A DNA stretch of 56,739 bases, the filler included, from Sluysia triapertura (Eukaryota), in NCBI GenBank assembly GCA_046118255.1. It is 4 parts of 4 records of this genome, joined end to end, with 100 filler letters (N's around TTAATTAATTAA, not from the genome) between each part and the next. Parts side by side here need not be neighbours in the genome. Positions count along the whole stretch, not along the records: positions 32,096 to 43,042 come from JBJNIA010191029.1; positions 43,143 to 56,739 come from JBJNIA010030165.1; 2 more parts are not named here. One strand, written 5' to 3'. A program made the translations under genes and the position numbers. The notes below the pieces were generated by a model. The model was not told the origin of the DNA and did no database searches. It saw only the letters and a program-made list of their open reading frames with translations. Positions 36,881 through 49,408 of this stretch are shown here, in pieces; within the stretch, counting starts at the first letter, position 1, and every line of letters starts with the position of its first letter.

Positions 36881-38309
36881 TTATACTTTTCTAACGAACA
36901 TTTTAGTCAGGTACCGTAATTTTAAATTAAACTTTTACAAAAATCGATTAAATAGATTAAATCGATTAAATCGATTAATCTCATTATATTTTATTATTAA
37001 CTATTTACCGTTATTGTGTATGCATATTTTTTTAGTATCGATAATATGATTATATTGGAATTTTTGTTTAATCATTGAAAATTTGTTGTAAGGAACACCG
37101 TTTTTAATGCGGACGAAAAATTTTTTCAGAAAAGCTGAGTTTTTAATTATACCGTAGTAAAATCTTACATAAAATACCAAATATTATTAATTAAAGAATC
37201 AATTACAAACAAGTTTAAGATTTTATGGTAAGTCTCCACTGATTATTCTTGCCGATACCTACAAGCTAGCCCTTAAGTGTATAAGTCTAGGATCGTAGGG
37301 TATTCACGAATCATATACTTTAAACTGACAAAATTTTCACTTTATAAAATGATTCGTAAATTCGATAAAAGTCTAAACTTTATAAAACTTTAATTGATCT
37401 CTAAACTACTTTCACTTATTATGCAATATTAAAACTTTATAATTGGTTGCTTTTAAGTGTTTAACTTTTAATTAATCAAATATTTTCTAAACCTAAAATA
37501 AATTATCCTTATATGTCTTTGATGTTAAAAATCGAAGTGAGAAACAAATAATTATATTTTAATAATTATAAAGTTATAATTATAATTTCCAAAGTTATAT
37601 TTTAATATACTGTCAATTTCAATTATTGAGGAAACTAATTTTATTTCTTTAAAATAATTTAGGATATTGTACTTACTCATAATATGTTTATCAATGTTTC
37701 TAGCACAATATTCAAAATAGTTATCAATTTTCTAAACACACATTTAATCAATTTACTGTGATTTACTATGAAACATACCTTTGTATAGACTATTTTTCAT
37801 GAGAATTGTACCACGGCCAAAAGTTCTTAACTATTTTCGTATAATTAAACATCAACTTTACCCTATAATCAAATATAAAAATATAATCCTATTCTATATA
37901 TATTTTGCAATTATACGACCAATTTCTTCTATATTATAACTTTGACTATGTAATTTATTTATATACATATAATTTATTTATTTATGTTTATTATTTATAT
38001 TATATGCGTATGCTATTGTTTATTCTTCATTTCTATTTTTACATATATGTAACATTTTTCTTCAATAAATATATTATTAGTTTACATATATTTTAAATAT
38101 TTGTATTTTTAAGCTTTTCTTGGCAAATTTTATTTAAATTATTCTTTATCTTATTATTATTATTGACAATATGCAATAAAAAATAATAAAATATCAACTG
38201 ATCCATGATAGGTTTGTTGTAAACCAATCATCTGACTTCATTTCATTCAAATAATTTTATTATATAAAAAACATTTATAAAACTAAATTTTCATTTAAAT
38301 TAATTAATA

Positions 38310-39968
38310 ATGTTACTCAGTAGGATAATAATTTTCATTTTATATGTTAAGTATGTTAAATTAAAATCCAATGATTATTTATTTACAATAACTGAAGAAC
38401 AAGAACCGTTTTATTTGATTTCAAAATTTCCACCGAAATCCACCAATCACTTTTTGCCTGACGATAATTATCATTTTTCATTAATTTCCAAACAAAATTC
38501 AGTATTAGATTTGTTACAAATTGGCTCTACAAATGGTCAATTACGTACACGTGAAAAAATCAATCGTGACACACTATGTCAAACAAAACAGCTATGTTGT
38601 TTAACAAATGATATTTGTGAATTGAATTTCCATGTAATTATGAAACATGTCACTAAAACATCGAATATATTTTACTATCGTTGTATGTTAATAATTAAAG
38701 ATATAAATGACAATAAACCTCAATTTTCATCGGATTATTTTTTAGTAAAAATTTCAGAAAATACTAAATTAGGAACACAATATTTATTACCATCGGCAGA
38801 AGATAATGATTTTGGAATTAATTCTATACAAAGTTATCGTTTAGATTTAATTGATAATGAAAACGGTTATGCACGTGCATTTCGATTGGTTCAAAAAATG
38901 ATTAATCATAAATTGCAACCAATGCTAGAAGTTGTATCTGGTACTTTGGATCGTGAATTACAAAGTGAAATTAAATTTAAACTTTGTGCTAAAGATGGCG
39001 GTAATCCAGCATTAGAAAGTTGTACTAAACTTGAAATAAGTTTAGAAGATGTTAATGATAATCGACCAATAATTGAGCGAGCTAGTTTGAATGTACTTTT
39101 AAACAGTTCAGCAAAAAATGGTGATTTTATTGGTCAAATTAAAGCTACGGATGCTGATTTGGGTCAAAATGCGAAATTAAATTATGGATTTAGTGATTTA
39201 GCAACAGAATATCAACGTGGATTAATACACATTAATTCAGAATCTGGTCGTGTTCAGTTAATAAAGAACTTAGTGGATTTAGATGCATCTAGTAACATTT
39301 TAATGATTCCTATTAAGGTTTGGGACTCTGGAGAACCTTCTTTATCCACAAGTACAACTCTGTCTCTTACTATTTTGCAAAGTAACAACTTTCCACCGAC
39401 AATCGATATAAAACCTATCAGTGATGTATCTTCTAAACATCCTCTTGCATCAATTTACGAAAATCGACCTCCAGGTCAAATAATTGGTTTTGTTTTTGTA
39501 GAAGACAAAGATAATCAAGAATTTGGATTATTCGATTGTTATTTGCTTGATGAGAAATATTTCCGTCTCATTTTAGAATACGATAAAGTACATCGCAATC
39601 AAAAGGAATACAAATTGGAATCTGTGGAAAGTTTAGATCGTGAACAAATCGGACCAGTAATACAACTGAAAATAATTTGCAAAGATCGTGGTATACCTGA
39701 AAAAGTTGCCGAAAAAGTTGTTTCAGTTAATATTTTAAATTTAAATGATAATCCACCAATATTTCAAACTAATTCTTTTAATGGACCAATAGAATTTTAC
39801 GTTTCCGAAAGTCATCCTGTAAATACTATGATTGGTCAATTAAATATTACCGATTTAGATGACAAATATGCATCCATTGATGGTAAAAAATCGAAAATTA
39901 AATGCTCCTTAAAAGATAATACCGGGTTATTGTACTATGTATTATTTATAATCATTAAGAAGTTATAA
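38310..39968 (+). CDS. Protocadherin, large first exon (signal peptide plus EC1 to part of EC5); 3' end not found
   Basis: N-terminal hydrophobic leader; repeated cadherin motifs DINDNKPQF, LDRE, DVNDNRP, ATDADLGQN, LNDNPPIF; EC1 motif NRDTLC...C typical of protocadherins. Confidence 0.9.
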   Translation: MLLSRIIIFILYVKYVKLKSNDYLFTITEEQEPFYLISKFPPKSTNHFLPDDNYHFSLISKQNSVLDLLQIGSTNGQLRTREKINRDTLCQTKQLCCLTNDICELNFHVIMKHVTKTSNIFYYRCMLIIKDINDNKPQFSSDYFLVKISENTKLGTQYLLPSAEDNDFGINSIQSYRLDLIDNENGYARAFRLVQKMINHKLQPMLEVVSGTLDRELQSEIKFKLCAKDGGNPALESCTKLEISLEDVNDNRPIIERASLNVLLNSSAKNGDFIGQIKATDADLGQNAKLNYGFSDLATEYQRGLIHINSESGRVQLIKNLVDLDASSNILMIPIKVWDSGEPSLSTSTTLSLTILQSNNFPPTIDIKPISDVSSKHPLASIYENRPPGQIIGFVFVEDKDNQEFGLFDCYLLDEKYFRLILEYDKVHRNQKEYKLESVESLDREQIGPVIQLKIICKDRGIPEKVAEKVVSVNILNLNDNPPIFQTNSFNGPIEFYVSESHPVNTMIGQLNITDLDDKYASIDGKKSKIKCSLKDNTGLLYYVLFIIIKKL

Positions 39969-42140
39969 TAAGGTATCTTATTATAAGGTATCCAAATGTA
40001 CAATTTTTATTTTCTGCAGAAACAAGAGTCAGTAATTGATATTTTTGTTCACCATTGATAACTGAGAGAGAAATAATTGAAGCATTAAGAAATAGAAAGA
40101 ATTATTAAAAAAGATAGTTTAATAAAAGTAATGAGACTATTACTATTATAGTTATATTCAGCTTGACATATTGTTTAATTTGTTTTAATATTACATTTTA
40201 TTTTATAAAACCTTTCAATATCAAATTTGAAATATCAAATTCAGTGATCATTGTTTTTGTGTTACAATGAAGGAAAGAAAAATAAACATGCAAAAAGTTT
40301 GAGCATTAAATACGCATTTGTTTTTAATGAAGACAAGATACAAACCTATGAAAGATTTCATAGAAATAATTGATTTAATATTAAAAATGCATTTTTCTAT
40401 GTTAGGTTTACTATCTAATGAAAATTAATAATGGATATTTTAAGAAGATTAAACAAAACCTTAACACAGAAAAGCTCGTTAATCATTTGAAATTAAAAAT
40501 TGAAAATAAACTAAGCGCTTAAAAAAATTTTTTGCGTAAAAATAATAATCCCAAATATTAATAACTTTTATCTAATTGAAAATATAACAAAAATAACCAA
40601 ATGTATCAAATTTATACTTAAAAATTTCTGAATTATTATAAAATTATTATAAAGCATTGATTCGTTTTCATCTTAGTAGGAGCAAAAAGTTTAATGAATT
40701 GGTTAGATGAATTAGGATTTTACAATTCAAATCGTGTTTTTAATTATTCAGACAGCTAAAACAATTAAATAGGTCATAATAATAATGTTGAACTGAGTAA
40801 GTCCATGATTGTGGAACTATTTTCTCCACTACTTCAATAATTTTATCATTATTCCGCCTAAAAAATTTCACTTTTATCCTATCTAGGATAATTTTAACGG
40901 ATTTAACCTTTTTTATACTATTCTAGCACATGCAGTGCATTGCCCCAACTTGAAATAGGAAATAACTGTCTAAAACTAAATTCTAAACTACATGCAACGG
41001 ACATCAGAATATTTCTAAACTTTTTTAAGATTAAAGCAGTTATAAACTATTTCTGCAGTTTTTAATTGCCTTATACAGTTATCGTGGATATTTGGTGATA
41101 GTAAATTCTTTTTTCATTTTTGAAAATTAAAATTATTTAAATTAATTAATTCATCGTAATTGCTACTCAAAATTACACGTTTACCGTGTTTATCGACCAC
41201 AAGAGTAAGTAATAGATATTATTATACCAATAATTATTAAGTTAGCATTACTATAAAGGAATTTAAGTTTAGTATTTAGAAGAACGGAAAAGTATATTTA
41301 AAGAAAAAGTATATTTAAAACGAAATACAAATAATTATCAACGAGATGATGTTAAGCCACGTCATAATGTTATAAGTAAGGTACTATAGATAATAAATAA
41401 TCTATAATCTATAATCTATAGATAATATCTATAAATAATCTGAAGGATTTTAATGGCATTCAAAATATGGTAAAACCATTTTCATTAAAACTAAGAAAGA
41501 AAGCTCAATTTTTTAAAATTCGAAGATCCAGCTAACGTTTGTTTTGGATAATATTAAAAATTTACGTTTTTAATAAATCATTTAGTACATAATATAATAT
41601 AATAATACAAAATTATGTAATTTCATTAATTAATTTATAAAATTATTTTTTTTAATGTTTTTTATATATGTATTTTCATTTATAATAAGCTTCTTACGCA
41701 TTATTTTCTAATAATTCATAAAGAAATAATAATAATTATAATATTACTAAACTTTACTCGTTTTGATACTTGTTTTAATATATTATTTTTGCAATGTTAG
41801 TAAAATTTTATAAATTATTATTATTTAAAAAAAGAATATCATTTCTTTTACTTAGTACACGACATGGTAGAGTAAAGATAAGAATGTCTTTACTACTAAA
41901 ACATAGTTAAACAAAATTTATTCATCCATTTTATATAGTTTATTCAAGTCTATATATATAAACTAATTCTTATGTTTTATATAAATTTTATAATGTTATC
42001 TATTATTTTTATTTCTGATTATTTACTAAACGTTGTATTTATTCAGTATAAAACCTAATTTATCTCGATGAGTCTGATTACTCTTTATATTTGTAAGTGC
42101 TTTTGCATTCCTATGGAAACACCATTTAAATTTTAAATGT

Positions 42141-42200
<60 letters not shown>

Positions 42201-43042
42201 CCTAAAAAAATTTATTGTTAAGCTGCATATGGCAAATTGTTAATTTTAAATTGCAACAAATTTTCTTTTTATTAAATAATATAGAAAGCAGAAATTTTGT
42301 CAAATCATTGCATTTTGATTTTAATTATACAATTTTAATTTTGAAAAATATCTTCTTTTCCTCTTGAGAAAAATCCAGTTTTTTTTTCCACAATGCAATT
42401 AGATTAATTTTTTCCTTTTTTTTAAATATTTATATACCTTACTATTTTATTGTTACATAAAAGAAGTTATAAATTTTGATGTCACATTATTTTGGTTGGC
42501 AATAAATACGTTGAATGATAGTGTCATTTTCGCAATCAGTAGTTTCGTAAAAGACTAAGAATAAAGTAAATATTTTGCTAGAAAAAGATTGAAGAAAGAA
42601 ATATTTTAAAAATTAAACTTAAATACAATAAAAAGAAATAAAAATAAAATAATAAGAATACAATAATAAATAATAAGACCTTACTGTAATGGCCGAGGCA
42701 TTCGAAAAATTCGAAATTACAATTAAAAGCTTCAAAAAATAATTATAGAAAAACTAGCAGAAAAATAATCTCCTGAAACAAATAAGATACAAAAATTTAA
42801 CAAAAACAAAATGTTTCCGAAATATAGCATTTCCAAAAAATAGTAAACATTTTACAAAAATTATTAAACATTTTACAACCTTATAAAATACGTTTCTAAA
42901 AGAGAGAAAATTTGTTAAGGAATTTCAAAAGTTTCATATAAATAAACAACAAATGTAAAAATTATAAAACATTAAGTTTTATTTATTTTTCAAATACTCT
43001 TCTTTCTAAAGCTAAAGCCACATTCTTCATCATTTCGAAGAC

Positions 43043-43142
43043 NNNNNNNNNNNNNNNNNNNNNNNNNNNNNNNNNNNNNNNNNNNNTTAATTAATTAANN
43101 NNNNNNNNNNNNNNNNNNNNNNNNNNNNNNNNNNNNNNNNNN
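43043..43142. other. Artificial contig linker
   Basis: N44-TTAATTAATTAA-N44. Confidence 0.97.
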
Positions 43143-43219
43143 CTCATCAATTCTTCCTTCATTTGTAATTCTATATATTTTTTACTCGTCTCTTAATCTA
43201 AAGCTGGGCAATCCCAACA
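43143..43219 (-). mobile_element. LTR family L1 5' end
   Basis: Reverse complement begins TGTTGGGATTGCCCAG. Confidence 0.8.
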
Positions 43220-43400
43220 TTATTATCATCAATTTTATTTTCGCCATTTTTTTTCAATTAAAGTATCAAATTATTTGGTAACAACCACTACCAGTGGTAA
43301 CTCATTGATTTACAATTACAGTCAATGTCACCAATTACAGTCAATGTCACCAATTACAGTCAATGTCACCAATTTCAGTCAATGTCACTAAAGTGTGGAG
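43220..43400 (-). mobile_element. Cassette promoter/hairpin remnant (copy I), including a 19-bp tandem repeat x4 at about 43312-43388
   Basis: Reverse complement GTTACCACTGGTAGTGGTTGTTACCAAATAA...GATGATAATAA resembles copy A GTCACCATTGATAGTAGTAGCTACCTAAATAA...GTGATAATAA. Repeat unit CAATTACAGTCAATGTCAC. Confidence 0.5.
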
Positions 43401-43659
43401 GGCCATACATAGCTAATCTTAACTTCTAACATGTAATCATTTAATTTTAAAAAAGTAAATTTAATTAAAATAAAACAACTAGCTAACTTTAATTTTAAAT
43501 TTAACAACAAGGGCTTAAGGCCCGAAATGATTAAAAAGAAACGTATAATTAAAACATTTAAATAAACGACAAGATTTATTAACATGAAATTCAATAAGTA
43601 TATTGGATGTAAAGTTTTTAATAAAAACAAAATAAACAATAAACATTGAACAGACAAGA

Positions 43660-43810
43660 ATAAGTAACCATAATCAACAATCTTAGAGCAAACATAAAAT
43701 GTTAGGAGCATCACAAAAATAGCTACACTTTCATCGTCATAGTTTCCCGATGTACTTCGACTTAAATGCCCAGAGACAAAGAGAATGCAAATTATTGCAA
43801 CGAATTTACT
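43660..43810 (-). pseudogene. STT3 oligosaccharyltransferase fragment
   Basis: LFVSGHLSRSTSGNYDDESVAIFVMLLTFYVCSKIVDYG matches the STT3 motif [27 protein letters not shown] as recalled. The flanking translation is unrelated. Confidence 0.75.
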
Positions 43811-45899
43811 AAGACAATTATCATTATTTGACGTAGTACTGTTACTAAAATTGAATGATTTAATTGAGTATTTTCCCAAATTTCAAAATAATAATGTAAA
43901 ATAATTCAAATAATTCAAAATAATAATGATGTAAATTCAGATAATAATCAATAAATAATCAGTTCATAATTAACAAAGTACACAATTCATTAAATTCAAA
44001 TAATAATCAATAAATAATCAGTTTACAATTCATAACGTACAAAGTATTTACAATAATAATAATAATTTAAATAATATTATATTTAATATAAAATGTAAAT
44101 ATTATTAAATTTAATATAAAATTTCGTATTTTAAATTTTGCATTTGTAAATATTGAATTTTATGTAATATTAAAATTTGTGTTGCAATAATATTGTAAAT
44201 ATTAAAACTAAGAATTTAACATTAGTTAATTATACATAATATTTATTTATGTAAATAATTAATATTTATCTGAAATTTTATAATCTATAAATTTATTCAC
44301 GCGAACCGAATCATAAATAATTAGCGAAAATTGATAATTAAGTAATTAAAATCTATGCGAATCAAATCACTAATAATTCGTAAATATTAATAATTAATTA
44401 ATTACTCAATATATGAGTGACATATTCTCCTTTTATATATAAACTAAATAAACTTTAAAAAGGAACACACGAAAAAGTCATTAAAAACGGTTCTTACACC
44501 TAGAAAGGTTATTCAAAACAAAGCCGCTGAACAACTATACAAAAATTTCTTTGGTAATATACTGCGAATTTTGATTAGAGATTCAACGAAATCAATCAAA
44601 TCTTTCAATTATCAAGACAATTCATTCGTTTATTTGGAATCTTTTATAAATAATGATCCAAAATAAGTAAGCGTGTTATTGATAAGTTTAGAATAGATAT
44701 TTTGCATCAAAATCTGAGCTAAAATCTTTGTGAAATTAAAAAATCCAAGCATTCGCCTGGATCAAAATCACTGTTAAAATAATATTTTATTTTAAGAATA
44801 AGAATAAGTTTCATTTATAATTTTTATTTTACATATTTATTATAAAGAATAAAATCAAATATTTTTAACCTGTAAATAATTTTTAATTTTAATTTTATTT
44901 GTAAATTTGTAGAAATTCTACTTTTTAATAAAATAATTATTTGTAAATTTGTATAATTTAATTCTAATAAGAACTTTCATATTTTATATTTTAAACTTGT
45001 AAAAGAATTGTATTTTAATGGACACATAAAAAAATTCATGTAAATTTAATGCCAGCAAAAATAATAAAATAATTATAAAATAACTATAAAATCTTTTCTC
45101 ATAAAAACAGTTAGCATATATAAAGAGGTTATTGGTATGGAAGTTTGATAATAATCAAGAGCACTATTTTGAAAGTTAATCGAAAGGATATTCATTTAAA
45201 ATTTTTCCTGGAATCCGATCATTGGATATTAATTTAAATTATCGTGGAATCTGATCACTGGATATTGATTTTCATTGGAATCTTTTGGTACATATTTGAT
45301 TAATTGGTATTTCGTAATTCGGAGATATTTAAATTTTTTGGAGTCATTAATCAACGATTGAGAAATTTATAATTTTGGACATATTGAAATATGAGAATAC
45401 GTAAGTTGATAATTAATAGGCTTTCACACTGATAAACTTTGTGTTAAAATCAGACGTAAAATTTTATAAATTTATTGCCAAGTATCATACCTGGATCAAT
45501 TAAATTTATAAATTTTAACATCAAATAAAGCTTAAAATCTTTATTTTTAAAAAAATATTATATTATATATCATTTTTAATTGCATATTATACGTTTAATT
45601 ATTTTTCGTTCGTTTTGTGTAATAAAAATTTAGTGTTTCGTAATTTTGTTTATTTGCAGTATAATCTAAAGAGAGTTAACATTAACAAGAGAGATTTAGC
45701 ATTAAGACTTGAAGTACAAATTTTGAATTAAGTGTATTAAGAATTTAAATATAACTATTTACTTCTTGTTAAAAGGGAAATATCGAGTCAATAGTAAAAT
45801 TTTGAGTACGTTAAAGTAACATTTAAATAATAAGTTAATTGCGAAATTTAAAGATATAAGTAAGATTTCAAAGGAAAAAAAGGTTATTTAAAGGATTCA

Positions 45900-48330
45900 C
45901 TTATTTATAAGATACTGACCCTCGCTGTTCTTTTGATTTTAAGGTACGTTAATTGTCAAATCTGTAGTTGCGTCCTCGCTCAGATATAAAGCGTAATATA
46001 CAGACGAACTCGTTCTTTTTGAAAAATCATAATAGTTAGTTTTTATACAGAAGAAACCTAACATATTTACCAATGTTACGTAGCAAACTTTTATACTAGT
46101 TTAATAAATGCAATAAAGACTCAAAATTTGTTAGGTTTATTGTGATTTTATTTTTATTAACATTATGATCTTTATGTTTGGTAATTAATGAATTGTTATT
46201 ATTACATGTATTATTATTACCTCTATCATTTAGTATATTATAAAAATTCATATAAACTTTTAAACAATTACGATTACAAAAATGGTGCTTAAGGAACGTA
46301 ATAGATATATTGTTAAACAAAATATTTATAATATAATAACACAACATAGATTTATTTATTGTCCACAAAATTGGATTTTTAATCACACATAGTTATAGTA
46401 AGTAATATTAAATAAACAACTTTGACATCCTAGACGATTTGTCGCTCCAAATGGTACATGATTACTAGGCCACAGAATAATATTCAAGTTAGTTGATAAC
46501 ATTTCCTTATGAGTAGATATAACAGCTTTCTGACTGTCCACATGTAGGTGATCCATGGTTCTACAATTCTCTAGTACATATATGTTAATGTTGTCTGAAA
46601 CCATCGCATAAGGAGAAATGTAATTTAAGACTATAACGAGGTTTGTGAAAAATAACTGATAGTAAATATTCAACATAATAAGTATATTGCGTATAACTCA
46701 TAAAAATCAAAGAACATATAACACCTCTAAAACTATTAACATAATTCGAATGAATCTTATTAATTTTATAAAATTTAAAAATTAGCACAATCGTATTACT
46801 TAATTTATCGACATATTCTAATTTTAATTCGATATAAAGACCTTCATAATTCTTAAAGATTAAAATATATTTAAGATTAAAAACTTTAAAATTCAAACTA
46901 AAAACATTAAGCTTTAAAATAAAGTTAAAACTAATAGGTTTTAGAGATTTTAAAATGGTCCATATACTTTGAGATGTAGCATTTTGTATTAAAATTTCGA
47001 GACTTAATATAAAATTAAAAATGACTTTCGGTGAGAACAAAAATTCAAAATCGGTCAATGCATTTTCGAAATTATACAAAACAAAAGTAACAAAATTGTT
47101 ATTCCTAATCTTAGACATAGATTCACAGTTATATCCATTTATATATGTTTGTATCCAAATGTTTTTAACATTAATGTCATTATGAGTACATATGGCATTA
47201 TCAAATAAATAATATATAGTTGACATAATCTGAGATCATCTTTATTAGAGCTACTTCTTTACTTTCACAAGTGCTGTTTTGTTTTAAACAGTTTTCAATG
47301 TAATGATAAATAGAATACCCAAAAGGATATTCTAATTACTTAACAACTGATTGAAATTCAGTCCAAGTTCGGTAATACTGAGAAATGTATGGATGTCTAA
47401 CTTTTGATAACATTTCGATTACCACTTACATCTAAAACATGCATATCATTTTCTTTAAAAGGTAGTTTAAATATAAGCGTACATGTACGAATATTCAGAA
47501 GCAATGAATTACGAATAAAATATGATGAAAATCGTTGAGAATTTTTAAATGTCTGTTGATCAATCTCATCGAAAGTGCTATCTGCATCACTTGAAATTCC
47601 GTTGATTTTACTCGAAGTAGCATCTTTAAAAAATGGTATTTACTTGAACCAGATTCATCTGATGTAAAATTCCATGTTTCATGGATTCCAGGATCATATG
47701 TTATTTTTTCAATCATTTCAAAAATTTTTGAATTTTTTCTTGGCTGAGTATTTTAAAACATATCTTTGGAGTACATCGTTTATTCTAGCTCGTACTGTTT
47801 CCAAGATATGAACAGCGAGATATTTCCGTTCGACTTCCTTCTATAATAACTTGATGCATTATCTTCATTATCATCATCAGCTTATCTGTTTAATATTTCA
47901 AATTGTTCCTAAATATTTTAATTTGTCATCATAAAATACCTAATTAATAACATTTTTATCTAAAGTCAACAATCTCAAAATTTTTTAAATAATGATTTTA
48001 ACACTTAATATTTAAACAAATAGCATCTTTTTGTTAACTACAATAATTTTCATTGGTTTATTTGATATACATTATCACCATTATCATCATAATCATCATC
48101 CTTATCGTCATCACATTTAAATTCACAGATCTTTTCATTGGTCAATAATTCATTTGACAGTGAAATACATTTTTGCAAATAAAATTAACATGAGTCATCT
48201 AATATTTAACTTTAAATCCCATAATGTTTAACAAGTAAAATTACTATTCAAAATGATAAAAGATTTCAAGCCTAAGATGCAAACATTTTCTCTATTAATC
48301 AAGTTTACCGAGATTTTAATGATTTTATAA
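45900..48330 (-). pseudogene. Cluster F of fragmented intronless orphan ORFs, possibly cassette cargo lacking its promoter/tail
   Basis: Consecutive same-strand ORFs 47716-47495, 47226-46585, 46676-46383 and 46386-46096, with Cys pairs near the end. No family recognised. Confidence 0.35.
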
Positions 48331-48602
48331 CGTTTTTCACATATATAACTTATTTAAACATCCAAATAAATTTTGTCTTGTTTATAATATCGGGAATTAA
48401 ATTGTTTTTGGTTGAGATAAGAACTATTCGAATATTGTTTGATTACTTTCAACATTGTAGCAATAACCAGTTCTACAATGGGTGCAAAGCATTGTTACAC
48501 TTATATCTAATCGTTAGTACATTTTGTTTAAATTGTTCTATATTAATCGGAGTTTTTAACGTTATTAATAAATTTTTTATCATAAAAAAGAAAAAGTCCG
48601 CC

Positions 48603-49344
48603 CTACATTATAATATTAATATGTGTAGGTATTTTATACTTAACAATTTTTCCTAACTTTGTACCGGTATAAAGCCATTTGTTGTTATTTGCATAATTTA
48701 TGATGCGGACAGGTATCTTTCCTTCACAATTATTACATACTGCACTTGATATTCCTATATCTAACTTTTTTTGATTATTTTCTGATGCAATAAACATAAT
48801 ACTGCCGGTTAATTTGTTTTAGCTGGAATTATATAATCACTTCTTTTTAATAACCAAAGTGGTTCGTCTATGTATATATCATCATCAATAGTTCTTTTTG
48901 ATCAACTTTCCATCAACCTTACTTGATCAAAATCTAGTGTAATTACTTTTAATTGTGACAATATATCCATTCCCATTACCATTTCTTCTGGACATTTTTT
49001 CATAACTCTGAATTTAATTTCTTAATTATTTTAATTTAGTTTAACTTAATTTAATTTCTAACTATTTTAAAAATAGATTTCATTACACCAATTATATTAA
49101 TCTCACCATCAGTAACTCCCGATAAATGGGACGTGTGACTGGCAAGACTTTTTAATTCGTCTTTAGTTGATAAATTTTCATTAATCAGAGATGCTACTTC
49201 TCCCGTGTCTATTAATGCTGAGACCAATCTATCATTTATTCTGATATTTACCATTGGTCTTTTTGAGTTATTGTAGTTGTTATTTGCACATATCATATTC
49301 ACTACGTGGTGGTAGTGACGTTTGAGTGATAGTATATATTCCAT
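48603..49344 (-). mobile_element. Retroelement aspartic protease and downstream pol linker (degenerate)
   Basis: RPMVNIRINDRLVSALIDTGEVASLINE carries the retropepsin DTG. IPVRIINYANNNKWLYTGTKLG resembles the Ty3/gypsy post-protease linker. No RT is seen. Confidence 0.85.
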
Positions 49345-49408
49345 TTTTCTTTCTTTAGCTATTTGACTTTCTATTACTTTTTGATTTTCTACAATTTCTT
49401 CATTTTCA

